A stretch of DNA of 63,743 bases, filler included, from Aduncisulcus paluster (lineage: Eukaryota): assembly GCA_024181965.1 (NCBI GenBank). It is 7 parts of 7 records of this genome, joined end to end, with 100 filler letters (N's around TTAATTAATTAA, not from the genome) between each part and the next. Parts side by side here need not be neighbours in the genome. Positions count along the whole stretch, not along the records: positions 8,730 to 20,124 come from BQXS01009710.1; positions 20,225 to 28,265 come from BQXS01009712.1; 5 more parts are not named here. One strand, 5' to 3'. Position 1 is the first letter of the stretch. Each line of letters opens with the position of its first letter. The translations under genes were made by a program, and so were the position numbers. The notes under the pieces were generated by a model. The model did no database searches, was not told where the DNA came from, and worked only from the letters and a program-made list of their open reading frames with translations. Positions 12,895 to 27,332 of the stretch are shown in pieces.

Positions 12895-13275
12895 TCACTC
12901 AGGAAGTTCTTCTGTGCATATTGGTATTCCTTCCATTTCACAAGCCCTAACAACACTTGTTTTCGTAATAATTTTTTCTTCATCTGTATATTTAAAGGCA
13001 CTTTCGATTATTCCCAACATTTTTTGTTCCGCAATGAATGCGATAGATTTCAAAACAGTACTATCAATAACGGAGACACCTTCACGTCGTAAAAACGCAT
13101 CTAAAACCGTTGAAGGTAATGTTGAATCAGATTTCGCCATATTAGAAAAGAATTTCATGTAGGCAATAGCCTTTTCCTGTTTTTGAGTAATTCCTTGGGC
13201 TTCCTTTTCATCATACACATGTGTTACTGAAGGATCAGTTTGATAAACCACTTTAATATCTGTTGGCTCTGACAT
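12895..13275 (-). CDS. TAF10: TAF10-like histone-fold TFIID/SAGA subunit
   Basis: TLPSTVLDAFLRREGV..DSTVLKSIAFIAEQK..IIESA and ITKTSVVRACEMEGI fit the TAF10 pattern. Size is appropriate. Confidence 0.65.
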   Translation of the reverse strand: MSEPTDIKVVYQTDPSVTHVYDEKEAQGITQKQEKAIAYMKFFSNMAKSDSTLPSTVLDAFLRREGVSVIDSTVLKSIAFIAEQKMLGIIESAFKYTDEEKIITKTSVVRACEMEGIPICTEELPE

Positions 13276-13475
13276 TTGATAATTTGTTGTTTTTTAGAGC
13301 CCAATATAAAAAAAAGAACTCTATCATCATAGAAATTGACATATTCCAAAATAAAGGGATATTAATTAGCTATATTTTTAATACTATTACGATGAGTCAA
13401 TTTCAAAATGAGACTACTTTATGATTAAGTGATTTTGTAAAAAATCGAAAATAACTCCTTGTTTTGTCGGATCTA

Positions 13476-14480
13476 ATGAGTTTTGCTTCCTTCAATCCAG
13501 AAAAAAATCCATATGCCGAGTTTATTCCGGAAGAATTACCCCCCACCAGCTTTAAAGCATTTGAAGCAGCTGTTTGTATGTTATCTCTCGTAAATATACT
13601 AATATAGATTTAGTATCGGTTAATTATTTAACAAAATAACTTTTAAAATTCAATCTCGGCTTTTATTTTTCTTTGTATTAATGATACAGTACATACTCAT
13701 ATTTGGGAGTTAGAACAGAAACTTCAAACACATTCTGTCGGATCAGAATGCTCCACCAAACCTCCTGAAGTTATTCTCCAAGAAAAAATTGCTTCTATTA
13801 TTATTGAAGCTGCTGATTTCAAGACAGCTCTTATTGAAGATTCTCTTGAGTATAATCCTATTTTCCAACCACCTCCCAACTATATTGTCCATGAAAATTA
13901 TATTATTCCAAAAGATCAGTATCCTGATATTGGATTTGTTGGTCTTTTGCTCGGACCACGTGGAGAAACCATGAAGCAGTTTTCTCGCACCCATTCCGTT
14001 ACTGTTTCTCTTCGAGGTGAAGGATCTACTCAAGAGGGACAGATTCAACGTGATCATGAACTTATGAAGGGACCTTTAAGAGCTTTTGTATGTGGAAAAA
14101 CAAAATCACTCGTGAAGGCTGCAGTAGCCGCCCTAGATGAATTATGTCAATCGTTCGCTAATCCAGATGATGAAACAAAACAACAACAGCTCCAGATACT
14201 TGAAGATATGAAGGGAACCGGCGGATCGTCGCGAACTTTCAAATCGGCTGCATCAAGATTTTCTGGAATTGCAGAATCATCAAAAAAACAGGGATTTGGA
14301 TATGGATTTGAAGAAAATAGTGATATGGATGATGAAATACCACCCTGGAGACAATCTAAAGACGAAAGGATGTCAAAACGTCATGATAGTATGCCTTTTC
14401 GTTCATCATCAGCATCACATCATGATCAACAAGATGAAACAAGCGAAATGGATGGGGAAATACCACCTTGGAGGCACTAA
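13476..14480 (+). CDS. SF1: Splicing factor 1 / branchpoint-binding protein (KH-QUA2); exons 13476-13575 and 13690-14480
   Basis: YPDIGFVGLLLGPRGETMK, LRGEGS, KQQQLQIL and NPIFQPPPNY. A GTATGT...CAG phase-1 intron at 13576-13689 restores the frame. Confidence 0.8.
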
Positions 14481-14796
14481 TTTCAATATTGCAGTGAAAA
14501 TCATAACGATTGAATTATTTTACATGATATTTGTGATATTATTGCGTATTAATAATGAATTTTATCATAGTATTATGAAATATCTGTGAATTAACTCAAT
14601 TTCAACTTTGGTTTATGAATTGAGTGATTCACCCTGTTATAGCTCTCTCTTTTTCATTTCAAAAGAGACAATAAATATAAAAGTTGTATTAACAAGTTTT
14701 TCTTGATAGTTCACCGAGATTTTCTGAGTTAATAGTTTCTTTCTTCCATTTTCGATGTTTTGACCACCTTTGAGTGAGTTAATAATATATAATCCA

Positions 14797-16288
14797 ATGA
14801 GTTTAAGTTATCCTTCTATCATAAAGTCTCTTCCTAAGTTTTCAAAACCTATTTACCTTGATTACCAAGCTACAACTCCTACTGATCCTCGTGTCGTGGA
14901 GGAGATGATGCCATTCCTTACTGAACATTTCGGAAATCCCCATTCAATTACTCACGAATATGGATTGTTCTCAAAGAAAGCCATTGATCTTTCTAGGGAA
15001 CGTGTTGCTGATTTGATTGGAGCCAGATCTCCCAAAGATGTATTGTTCACCAGTGGGGCAACAGAGAGTAATAATACCGCTATAAAAGGTTTATCATGGT
15101 ACTTTGGCAAAGATAAAAAACCATATATCATTACTCAAAGAACCGAACATAAGTGTGTTTTGGAATCATGTCGTTTTCTCGAGATGCAAGGATGGAAGGT
15201 CATATACCTCGATGTTGACAAATATGGTCGCGTTGACCCTGCCCAATTAGATGCCACAATACGTGAGGTTGGTCCTGACAAGGTTTCTGTTGTTTCCATT
15301 ATGATGGTCAATAATGAGATTGGAACTCTTCAACCCGTCCATGAAATTGGAGAAATATGCTCATCGCATGGTGTCATGTTCCATTGTGACGCTGCCCAAG
15401 CTGTTGGAAAGATGCCAGTCGATGTGCAAAAGGATCATATCAATCTATTGAGTATCAGCGGGCATAAAATGTATGGACCAAAGGGAATTGGAGCCCTGTA
15501 TATATCTAGAAAGCCCCGTGTGAGGTTAATCCCACTTATGAGCGGAGGAGGACAAGAGAGGGGAATAAGGAGTGGTACTCTTGCTCCTGCTCTTGTCGTT
15601 GGAATGGGTTCAGCTGCAGAGATTGCCGGAAAAGAAATGGCTCAAGATCTTGCTCACGTCACTCGTCTTGGAAAGAAATTACGTGATGGATTCACATCTA
15701 AGCTTGAAGATGTTGTTTTGAATGGACATCCGACAGAAAGGTATCCTGGCTCTGTGAATATGTCCTTTTCATGTGTCGAAGGGGAAGCCTTATTGGCTGG
15801 ATTACATGACCTGGCCGTTTCTTCTGGAAGTGCTTGCACAAGTGCCTCCCTTGAACCTAGTTATGTTTTGCATGCATTAGGAGTGTCTCCAGAACTCGCA
15901 CATACATCTATTCGCTTTAGCGTTGGTAGATTTACAACAGACGAGGAAATTGATAAAGCTATTGGAGACGTCACAACATCTGTGAAGAGATTGAGAGNNN
16001 NNNNNNNNNNNNNNNNNTGGATTACATGACCTGGCCGTTTCTTCTGGAAGTGCTTGCACAAGTGCCTCCCTTGAACCTAGTTATGTTTTGCATGCATTAG
16101 GAGTGTCTCCAGAACTCGCACATACATCTATTCGCTTTAGCGTTGGTAGATTTACAACAGACGAGGAAATTGATAAAGCTATTGGAGACGTCACAACATC
16201 TGTGAAGAGATTGAGAGAGCTCAGCCCATTATGGGAAATGAAGCAAGAGGGAATCGATATTTCCAAGATCAACTGGACTATGCACTAG
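14797..16288 (+). CDS. NFS1: Cysteine desulfurase (ISC pathway)
   Basis: [30 protein letters not shown] (PLP Lys) and [17 protein letters not shown] (catalytic Cys). The split at gap 15998-16017 is a duplication artefact. Confidence 0.95.
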
Positions 16289-16522
16289 TTCTATTTTTCT
16301 ACGCAAACAGAATATTCACGATCCACTGATTTTTAGGTGAACTCACGATTTTTTTCCATAGTTATTTTCACGCTAATTCTGAATAAGAATTATATTTTTT
16401 TTATTCTTATCCTCATTTTATTTCTTTATTTTTATCATTTCTTATAATAAATCAACATTTCTTGATTTTTTTTTCTGATTTTTTTCCAATCTGCTTTTGT
16501 GGCTACTATCACCAATATCAGA

Positions 16523-19103
16523 ATGAATATTAGAACTCAAGGTGGAGCCCGTACCAAAATAGAGACATTAAAGGACAGAAAATCTGCAGAAAAAGAGTTT
16601 TTGTCGATACAAGGTGATCTCGTTGGTCTAGCCAAAGATAGGTATGCAATCCATGTAGTTCGGAAGATATTCACACTTCTTTCAACCGAATCTTATAAGA
16701 AAGGAGTTGAAATTTTGTTATCTAAGGATTATCACAGGTTAGTTGGACATCGTACTGCGTCAAAGCTTCTCGACGATTTATACAAGCATGCTCCAAACAA
16801 AGGAATTCAAACTGCTCTAGTAGAAGGTTTATATGGTCCAAAATATGCTGCCAATCTCCAATTCAAATCAAGGAGTCTTCCTGAAGTATTGAAGGCATAT
16901 CCTGGTTCTGCTCCTTCAATAGCCTCAGTTTTGAGGAGAAATGTTGAAAATATTTTTGGCGGAAAAGGTATTATTATGAATAGAATTGCCTTGAGAGCAG
17001 CTTCTGAGTTGCTTTCATGCTATAATGATCCCGCTTTCTCTGGTGATTTTTGTAAGACATATCACGATAAAGTGATTGAATTCATTGATTATGATAAAGA
17101 AGGAATGCAATTAGCTCTCTGGATGGTTGGTCTTGCCAGTGCCAAGACAAGACAGAAGATTTGTAAGCTTATATCACGTTCCAAAACTGCTACCATCGAG
17201 GAAGATGCCCCTCGCACACGTATTGTTGATGTTATCGACCTTATTACCGATAAATACCCCGTTACAGTAATTGCTAAGCTTGTCCAATGTACAGATGATC
17301 TCAAGATTCTGAAGAAGTGTTTATTTGGTAGTGTTGACAAAAAAACTGAGAAATTGATAACTTCTTTCCTTTCCANNNNNNNNNNNNNNNNNNNNTATAT
17401 CACGTTCCAAAACTGCTACCATCGAGGAAGATGCCCCTCGCACACGTATTGTTGATGTTATCGACCTTATTACCGATAAATACCCCGTTACAGTAATTGC
17501 TAAGCTTGTCCAATGTACAGATGATCTCAAGATTCTGAAGAAGTGTTTATTTGGTAGTGTTGACAAAAAAACTGAGAAATTGATAACTTCTTTCCTTTCC
17601 AACGAGAAAGATAATGCCTGGAAGAAGTGTTTCCTCCAAACCCCTGGTACTCCTCTCCCCCTCCCTCCTTCTCTTCCTGCCGCCTCTGAGCCTTCCTCCT
17701 CTTTCATTACCTCCAACCTTGAGACCATTCTGATGGATAGAGAGGCCACGTTCTTCCTCTTCTCCCTCCTGTTTCCTTGGTTGGTCTATAGATTCGACAC
17801 TCAGAAGGCAGATATGCTATCACTGTCGAAATTCACTTGGACTGAGGTTCTTGATCGTAAGCGTGAGATGAAATCCATTGCTGGCACTGATTCCGATGCT
17901 GATGCTGACGACGCCCTTCACCCAGGTGTTACCAAGAAAGATCGTTTTAGGAAGCAATGTGAGATGAACGATGAGCTCTTGCCAAGTATCTGCTCATTTG
18001 TCCTCTCTCACTCCTTCTACGGCTGTGAGGACGAAGGATTCCTTCATATCGAATGCCAGAAGTTGTATGGTGATCTCAGTGCGAAAGAATCCCTTGCGGA
18101 TGAGATGAAGCGTATTGTAGGCAAAGACTGGATCAAGCATATGCTTTACTACAGCCCCATGAGTGCCTGTATCATCCTTCTGTGCTCATGCGTCTGCAAG
18201 GAAGTCAGGGATAGGCTCTGTGGTATCCTGCAAGAACCTGCTGTCACTGTCACTGTACGCATTGCAGACATCAAAAAGAAGAACAAGGGCAAGAAAGGCG
18301 GTCGAGCTCCTAAACCCAAGACTAAGACCATCAGTGTTCCTTGGTTGTTCATGAGTCATGTCCGTACAGCCATATATGATATCGTAAAGGCTGCCCAGCC
18401 CCATCGTTCCAAGACAGACACTCAGATTGGCTCAGCTGACGAGGCTATCCTTCTCGAGTATCGTTCTGCTCTCTCTCAATCTCTCTGTTCCTTCCTTGTC
18501 TCTTCCATTCTCCTTCCCCTCGTCTCTGCTGACTGCTCTCTCGAAGCCTTGAGTGCACTTGTCGATGGCCGTGAGGGTGGTTTGTTGAGGGTCTGTGTTG
18601 ATGGATGTCCTATGGATTATGAAGATGCCATGAAGATCAAGGATATGTTGAAAGATGCTGTGACAGCCCTCCTTGAAAGAGGAAGGAGAGGTGGAAAGCA
18701 ATGCAAGAACGCGGGAGTCATGAAGAAATGGTACGAACCATCACAAGCCACTACCGATGAGAAAGATGAAGTGAAAGAAGAAGAAGCTGCCCTGAAGATA
18801 GAAAAGGAAGAAGAGGAAGTGAAGCCAGAAACTATCGTTATGAAGGAAGAAGAAGAATTGAAGGAAGAGGTCTCTGTTGAGGAAGATATGGTTGATATTG
18901 AGCCGATTCATTCACAGTCAGAAGATCCCTCAAAACGTCGTGTGAGTGCAAGACTTAGTGGTGCTGGATATGATCCTGATCTTGTCCAGATGAGTCCAAG
19001 AAAGAGAATGAGGGAGCTCAAACGTCGTGAAAGAGAAAGAAAGAGTCGCTTATCTAGCATGATGGTGACTGAACATGATGAATTTGACAGTGAAAGTGAT
19101 TAA
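16523..19103 (+). CDS. PUF6: Pumilio-homology ribosome-biogenesis protein (PUF6/PUM3-like)
   Basis: LAKDRYAIHVVRK, LVGHRTASKLLDDLY, ASAKTRQKICK and CTDD resemble PUM3/Puf6. Joined across gap 17376-17395. The 5' end is uncertain. Confidence 0.65.
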
Positions 19104-19409
19104 TTTAGCAATTTTGGTAGATGCAAAATAAACGATTCTATTGAACATAATTAGTTTGAGATTCTCGATTATCCCAATTATAGATCAATTGACTATTAAT
19201 AATTAGTTCAATTGATAAGAAATTATTCTCGTGTTCATTCTTGAAATATCTTGTCTTCGCTATAGTGTGATTGACAATAGTTTATTCCAATAAGTTTGTA
19301 TAAAATAATATTATGACCTATTCTAAAGACATTTTAAACAATTAACTTTGACACTTTCTGCCGAACGAAGGTCTTCATCATTCTACACTAATTTTAGGAA
19401 TCCTGTTGA

Positions 19410-20124
<715 letters not shown>

Positions 20125-20224
20125 NNNNNNNNNNNNNNNNNNNNNNNNNNNNNNNNNNNNNNNNNNNNTTAATTAATTAANNNNNNNNNNNNNNNNNNNN
20201 NNNNNNNNNNNNNNNNNNNNNNNN

Positions 20225-20862
20225 ACTCGTATGTCCTTGTGAGACCGAAAAAGAAGCCACCCAAGTTACATCCAAGATGGGCTGGTCCTGTTGAAGTTGT
20301 AAAACTATTCAAAGATAGGAACTCACTGGAGGTGAAGTGGTTATCAGGAAAAGAGGAAAATGAGGTCATATCTCTACGAAGAATTGTGAAGTTCAGAAGT
20401 CAAGACTATTCGCTGGAAGACCTGAAGAAACTCGCTCAGCTTGACGATGAGGCATATGTAGTCGAGGAGATAAGAGGTCATCGAATGGGTGATGATGGAT
20501 TAGAACTTTTAATCAAATGGTTAGGTTACGAAGAGGTCTTTTGGGAGCCAAAAGATGGATTAAAGACAGTTCCATTGGTAATGGAATATTGTCAGGAAAA
20601 GGAGGAAAATGAGGTCATATCTCTACGAAGAATTGTGAAGTTCAGAAGTCAAGACTATTCGCTGGAAGACCTGAAGAAACTCGCTCAGCTTGACGATGAG
20701 GCATATGTAGTCGAGGAGATAAGAGGTCATCGAATGGGTGATGATGGATTAGAACTTTTAATCAAATGGTTAGGTTACGAAGAGGTCTTTTGGGAGCCAA
20801 AAGATGGATTAAAGACAGTTCCATTGGTAATGGAATATTGTCAGGAAAAGGAGCTTGAGTAA
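20225..20862 (+). mobile_element. Ty3/Gypsy pol C-terminus (integrase tail plus two tandem chromodomain copies)
   Basis: KLHPRWAGPVEV (GPY/F-like), then YVVEEIRGHR...LLIKWLGYEEVFWEP present twice as an exact 249-bp duplication. Confidence 0.85.
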
Positions 20863-20883
20863 GCATCCGGTGGGTGCCTCTCT

Positions 20884-20963
20884 AAAGGAGAGAAGGGTGT
20901 AATATAAGTAAATTTGCTAACGGTATAAATAGTATCGGTTTGCTTTATTTTAGAATCATCACA
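20884..20963 (+). mobile_element. Polypurine tract (20884-20897) followed by probable 3' LTR start TGTAAT
   Basis: AAAGGAGAGAAGGG directly before TGT, 21 nt after the pol stop. The LTR 3' end is uncertain. Confidence 0.55.
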
Positions 20964-22141
20964 GCATTTCCATTTTGTTTCGAATCACTTGGTTGGTTCT
21001 ATTTTCTTGTAAAATTAACCAATTTTAATGATAATACTTACTATTCTGTGATATCATTTTGCCATATTAGTGCATATTAAGTGTGACCCATGATGACACT
21101 TCTGGAACAACATCTACCTGCTTTTCGGCAGAAACATCTTTTAGAATTGCATAAACCTTTACAATTACAAAATCATGGATCAAGTCAAAATTCTTATAAA
21201 TGATCAAAGAAATAATATCCGAGCGTTTCTCGATCTTCGTGGATCATAACATGTCTTGCAAAAACTAATGGAAAATGAATCGAAAGTTTCTATGCATTTT
21301 GACTCTGTTGGATCACAATCTCCTGAGATAATTACGTTTGGCCATAGCCGTCTGACGGTTGGCAGCTAATTCCAGCCGTGCACGGCTGCATTGAGAAAAC
21401 CCCAATCTCCTCTTATCGAACAACAAACAATCAAAGGTACCAGTATAAGCAATGTCAAAGAAAATCAAATAATATCACCATCTACACCTCTCTGATACTA
21501 CTGATATATAGTAACAATTATTTGTATACGTAGAAAAAAACTCTGGTAACCAATAGTTCAGTTCGAAAATAGTAGAGATCATCCCATCAAAGTGAATGTA
21601 TCAGCATTTATTGCTAGATAAAGGACAAAACAAATTTATTAAGGGTGATTAATAATCACTGATTATAACAAACAAACAGCACTTTTCAAGTACAAAAAAA
21701 AACCATAACCATAACCACAAAGGTAAAATAAAAACGAAACAAATAAAACATCAATAACTGACCATTACCATGTCATTGAATGTCAACAAATTATTCTTCA
21801 TCGGAATCTGATGACATAGGTTGGGGAGAAAGATAGTTATCAGNNNNNNNNNNNNNNNNNNNNAACAATTATTTGTATACGTAGAAAAAAACTCTGGTAA
21901 CCAATAGTTCAGTTCGAAAATAGTAGAGATCATCCCATCAAAGTGAATGTATCAGCATTTATTGCTAGATAAAGGACAAAACAAATTTATTAAGGGTGAT
22001 TAATAATCACTGATTATAACAAACAAACAGCACTTTTCAAGTACAAAAAAAAACCATAACCATAACCACAAAGGTAAAATAAAAACGAAACAAATAAAAC
22101 ATCAATAACTGACCATTACCATGTCATTGAATGTCAACAAA

Positions 22142-25100
22142 TTATTCTTCATCGGAATCTGATGACATAGGTTGGGGAGAAAGATAGTTATCAGGAATGG
22201 ATATTTCGGATTTTATCAATATTTCATTGTGAAAAGGAGAAGTATAAAAACAACGAACAAAAATCAATAACACAAATCCAGAAATTTTCCATAAATGATT
22301 AAAACCATCAGAAACAAAACTAAATAATAAAATGCCAAACCAAAACACAATTTCACCCAATGCATCTGGTTTTGGTAAGTATTTCCAAAGGCCAAAATCA
22401 CATTTAACCTCAAGTTTCTCTCCAGCATCTTGATGTTCTATTGTAGTAAGAGATCCGATACTTTTCGATCTCCTAAAATAATTAACTTTAAATCTTTGAA
22501 ACTGAATTCGAGCAATCAATTCAAATATTGCTCCACTTAAACATACAATAGCTAAGACAATGTCCGACGTACTGATTAATTGATCATCGTCTATAAAAAC
22601 CCATGTGGGCAATGATAAACTGTAGCATAGAAGACTTGGAATAATATTGAATTCCAAGAGATTCTTCCAGAAATACCCACAAGAACCATGATCAGATCTT
22701 CGCTTGGAAGAGATGATTGGCTGTTTCAAGCATTCCAATGAATTAGAAAATAATCCAGACAACCACCAAACAAGCCAATTAATGGTCAAAATAGCAGATC
22801 TCGCGATAAAAACAAAAAATAAAAACCATAGTCGTCCAAATCCCTGATGGTATGGGTCAAATTCTATAACACCAAGAGGTACAGGGAAAAAATAATAGAA
22901 TACTTCAGAAATGGATGAATCTTTCAAAAGTAAACAACAAAACCAGATAACAAGAGATATAGGATAAAAATACAAAATAGAAGATGCTTGGATAAGAAGA
23001 CATTGTGTACTCATATCAATACGATCACAATGAGCTTCATCAGCACCCAATTCTACTTCAAAACCAACACCGATATAGGTAATAACATATATCGTATAAA
23101 TAACACCAAAAGAAAGCACATAAAGCCATTTTTTATACCATCCAGGCGATAGATGAAAGTCCAAATCAGGGGTTCCATTATTCTTGGCAAGTTCAGTATC
23201 ATATTCCTTTTCCCAGGTTTCATTGTATTTTGCACCCCAAAACCAGATAACAAGAGATATAGGATAAAAATACAAAATAGAAGATGCTTGGATAAGAAGA
23301 CATTGTGTACTCATATCAATACGATCACAATGAGCTTCATCAGCACCCAATTCTACTTCAAAACCAACACCGATATAGGTAATAACATATATCGTATAAA
23401 TAACACCAAAACCATAGTCGTCCAAATCCCTGATGGTATGGGTCAAATTCTATAACACCAAGAGGTACAGGGAAAAAATAATAGAATACTTCAGAAATGG
23501 ATGAATCTTTCAAAAGTAAACAACAAAACCAGATAACAAGAGATATAGGATAAAAATACAAAATAGAAGATGCTTGGATAAGAAGACATTGTGTACTCAT
23601 ATCAATACGATCACAATGAGCTTCATCAGCACCCAATTCTACTTCAAAACCAACACCGATATAGGTAATAACATATATCGTATAAATAACACCAAAAGAA
23701 AGCACATAAAGCCATTTTTTATACCATCCAGGCGATAGATGAAAGTCCAAATCAGGGGTTCCATTATTCTTGGCAAGTTCAGTATCATATTCCTTTTCCC
23801 AGGTTTCATTGTATTTTGCACCCCAAATCCAGATAAAAACGATGAAAAGAGAAAGAACCATGGAAAGAATAAATATTCCCCAATCAAAAGCTGGAATAAA
23901 ATTATTACAAGACTCTACAACGTCTCCATCTGAAAGTTCTCGACATTTTTGGATCATGGCATAAGTATCATTGGCATCCATCGAAACAGACCCACCAGAG
24001 AGACCAATGCGGACAGGATAGGATTCGAAAATAAAGTTTGAAATGTATTCAGGAGTATTCTTAGAACTCCCACGTCCTTCAAGATTGTCAAAGACAAAGG
24101 AGAGAGGGTCATACATCAGATAAGAAGGAGGGGCATCACAAGGAACAGTATCTCCAGGGGTAGCACATCCATCACGTGTGTATTCTCCCTCATAAGGATA
24201 ACCAGCAACAGCGGCTACAGAACTCTGCCCATCGCCAATAAGATGATTATATTCGGTGCCTGGACCAGGACGAACAATCTGACTTTGAGTACCATCATCA
24301 AATGTACAGGCAAAGTGATAATCAGTATTAAACGTAATCGTTTGCATAACATTTGAGCAAGGGTCGGAATCAAACCAATTTGTAAACATTTCTTGACGAA
24401 GCCACCAGGTTCCAAGATTGGTGTATCCAAGTCTCACAGCTAGTAAGAAGTTAGAAATAGTTTCCGCATATATAGACTTTAAATTGGCACCAACAGAGGC
24501 CGTCCTGAATGTCTTATCCTCATTGACAGAAGCCATGTACACCCCAGGGAATCCAGCGACACTAATTGCTTTTCCGGTTGAAATTGGATCACTATAAGGA
24601 TCAGGACTATAAGTTACATCAAAATTGATAAGAAGACGTGCAAAGCTATCATGCGGAATCTTCAAATCAACACCCCAATTTTCTTTGTCAAGATTAATGG
24701 CGTTGTATATATTTGCATGAAGAATATATGTAGAGTCTTGAGCAAGAGCAATGATTTGAGTACTGCAAACAATATCCATTATAGCAGTATACAGACATAA
24801 TATGTTTGTACCATGTTTAGCAGTCACAGAGGGCCAAAGGTATTTAGAAATTTCCATCAATTCATCATAGGCAATGAAACGGTACCAAGATTGAGTTAGT
24901 TCATCAGGGAAAGCAGATGCCAATATGTCAGCAACTTTCATGGCATCATCTTCAAGTGAATTGAGGAAATCCCAATCATACCTGTCAGATAGAGCTCCAG
25001 AAAAATCCATATAACTTGAGGGCATTTCATATGGATATTCTAAACGTTTGGACATGGAATAAACAGTTAAAATAAGAATAATAGCAAAAATTAACTTCAT
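22142..25100 (-). CDS. Signal-peptide membrane protein: luminal Ntn-hydrolase-like (ceramidase/NAAA-like) region plus C-terminal DUF1295 / steroid-reductase-like domain
   Basis: N-terminus MKLIFAIILILTVYS. C-terminal GLWKYLPKPDALGEIVFWFGI resembles DUF1295 GLWxxSRHPNYFGE. Internal scrambled duplicates at ~22820-23820 split it into two ORFs. Confidence 0.6.
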
Positions 25101-25798
25101 AAAGGATGGTGATGCAACGAATAACAAAAAATGGCAAAAACTTTTGTTAATGACTTTCTCAAAGCTAAATATATAGTACAGTATAGCTTATTAATAATAA
25201 GTAAATTTGTATTTACTCACTGAGGCTATTTCAACGGACATTATCCTTGACTTCACACGGAGAATCGTTCAACGATTGCAAGTTGCAACTGGAAACTCTG
25301 CGACTGCTATTGTTGAGCTTGGAAGGGGAATTATTCATGTGTGTCTTGCGAACAAGGAGGCATATAAGCGTGGTGGATACGCACCCCATCCTCCTCCTGG
25401 TAGTGAGATTGAGTTACAATCTTATGAGCTCAGTGGCCATGCCACTTCACTAAATAGTACAGTACCATTTACTCAAGTTTATTAAAGATCAAAGCAAATA
25501 GTTTAAATGGTTACATTATAAGTAACCATGACAACTGGCAATGATTCGAGTGAGGAACATCAATATATGAAACAGTCAATCCAATATTTCCAGACAATTA
25601 TTCGTCTAAATTGAACCAAAAAAAAAACCATAAAACAAACAAAACCAAAAGAAAAAAGGAAACAATAAAACGTCGATTTTCAAAATCACTTCAAAGTTTG
25701 CAAATGTAAAAATCTGACGAGTAAAAAGGATGTATAATACAAACACAGTTGAAACCTTCGCAAAAATGTTGATAGTATCACCACAAAAACAAATAAAT

Positions 25799-27332
25799 CT
25801 ACTCGAGGATATCACATGTGATGTAACACATCTCTTCGAAATAATAGATGGCCACACCATCCGCGGTCATTCCCTCTGGCAATTGGATCTCCATGCCTGA
25901 TTCAAGGGTCTTGTTAATGATGGGAATGAGGACAGACTCGAGGAGAGGATTCAGGATAGAAGCAAAATCATCAAAGAAGTATGTAGAAACGTCAAGATCA
26001 TCTTTCAAAAACTCAATGGAAGGATTGGTAACATCAATGGACGCAATATTACCAGCAATAATAATGCCATCAAGAGACGGGGTATCAGTGGCAGTCATCT
26101 CACCAGAGCCAGAAATATCGAACCGAACAACGGCAATCTCCTCGGCCGAGGTGTCATAGGTACCACTCTGAGCAACATCAATTCGCATGTCAAATGTCAA
26201 CGAGAACGACATTCCATCAGAGTTGAAACCGGCGTAGAGATCAGTGGCCTCTTCATCCTCAGGGACAGAAAAGGAGAGAAAGAGGTTTCGGGAGGGGGAG
26301 AAAAAGTCGTCAAGATTCGGGAACATGAGGGTTCCAAGAGACCCCACAGTGAGTTGAATGGCGAAATCGGGTGATATCTCATCTTCAGTGATCAGGATGG
26401 AAGAGATGAAGCCTGAGTCGTTGTGAGCTGTTAAAAAGGAAGTAGGAACAGAACTGTCAATGGCAATGTGGAGAAAAGCATCGGAGGTGGAGAGATCATC
26501 AAGTGGAGCAATTGGAAGACCAACTACATGAACTTCAGTATCAGCGAGGACATATGAAGGCACAAATTCCATTTTAGAACCGATAGAGATATACGAATTG
26601 TCATCACTTGTGACTATAATAGGATTGTCAATCCACCAGACCATCATCAACGTCAACATAGGTATCGAAAGCAACATAAGTACCAGGCAATGAGTCAAGA
26701 AAGTTGTTAAGAATACGAGTAACTGCGTAGATAGTCCATTGATTGATGAGATCACAAAGACTATTTTCTACCTCTTGATATTTGCCGTCACTCCATTCAT
26801 TTAACTCTGTATTATGCCAATCAAGTTCAAAGTCATAGGCACCAACAATAACATCAGAAATTTCAGCATAAAGTTGCTCTGGATCATCATGATCGGCTTC
26901 AAGGACAATTGAAACGTCACTTAAACCCCTTTGTACGTTGATATCCAAATCACCTTGAGAATAAGGAAAGGTGTCCATATGATATTGCATTGTGCATGAA
27001 AATTCCAAATTTTCAAAGGAAATATCAATAATATTAGGTTCTTCAAAGGATATCACAGGAGTTGATTCTATTGAAATGGGATTTATGCCGGCGTACTCTA
27101 GAGAAAACACTCCAACATCTGATTGAACTTCAATTCCAAACGAAGGAAAAGTATATTCAAAATCGCTGGCAAACAGGGGAAGATAATAGTCGAACATGCT
27201 TTTTCGGATAATTAGCCTTACTCCAGCTTCAGAATCAACGTTTGCATCGGTTGACACGTTTGAGCAAGCACCAAACCTCAAAGCGGCAACAATAAAAAGA
27301 ATCGCACAGATCAAAGAGAAATTAGGCTTCAT
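25799..27332 (-). CDS. BPI/LBP-family (TULIP) secreted lipid-binding protein, frameshift near 26635
   Basis: Signal peptide; GVRLIIRKSMFDY (BPI N-terminal-like); LIPIINKTLESGMEIQLP (BPI C-terminal-like). The two overlapping ORFs total ~510 aa. Confidence 0.65.

Noticed and set aside
22820-23820. Scrambled exact repeats inside the DUF1295 gene, resembling exon shuffling
   Set aside because: Apparently identical segments joined at short microhomologies and breaking the frame. Most simply an assembly artefact.
25207-25485. 92-aa ORF between the DUF1295 and BPI genes
   Set aside because: Non-ATG start and no recognisable domain. It may be an exon but cannot be supported from the sequence alone.
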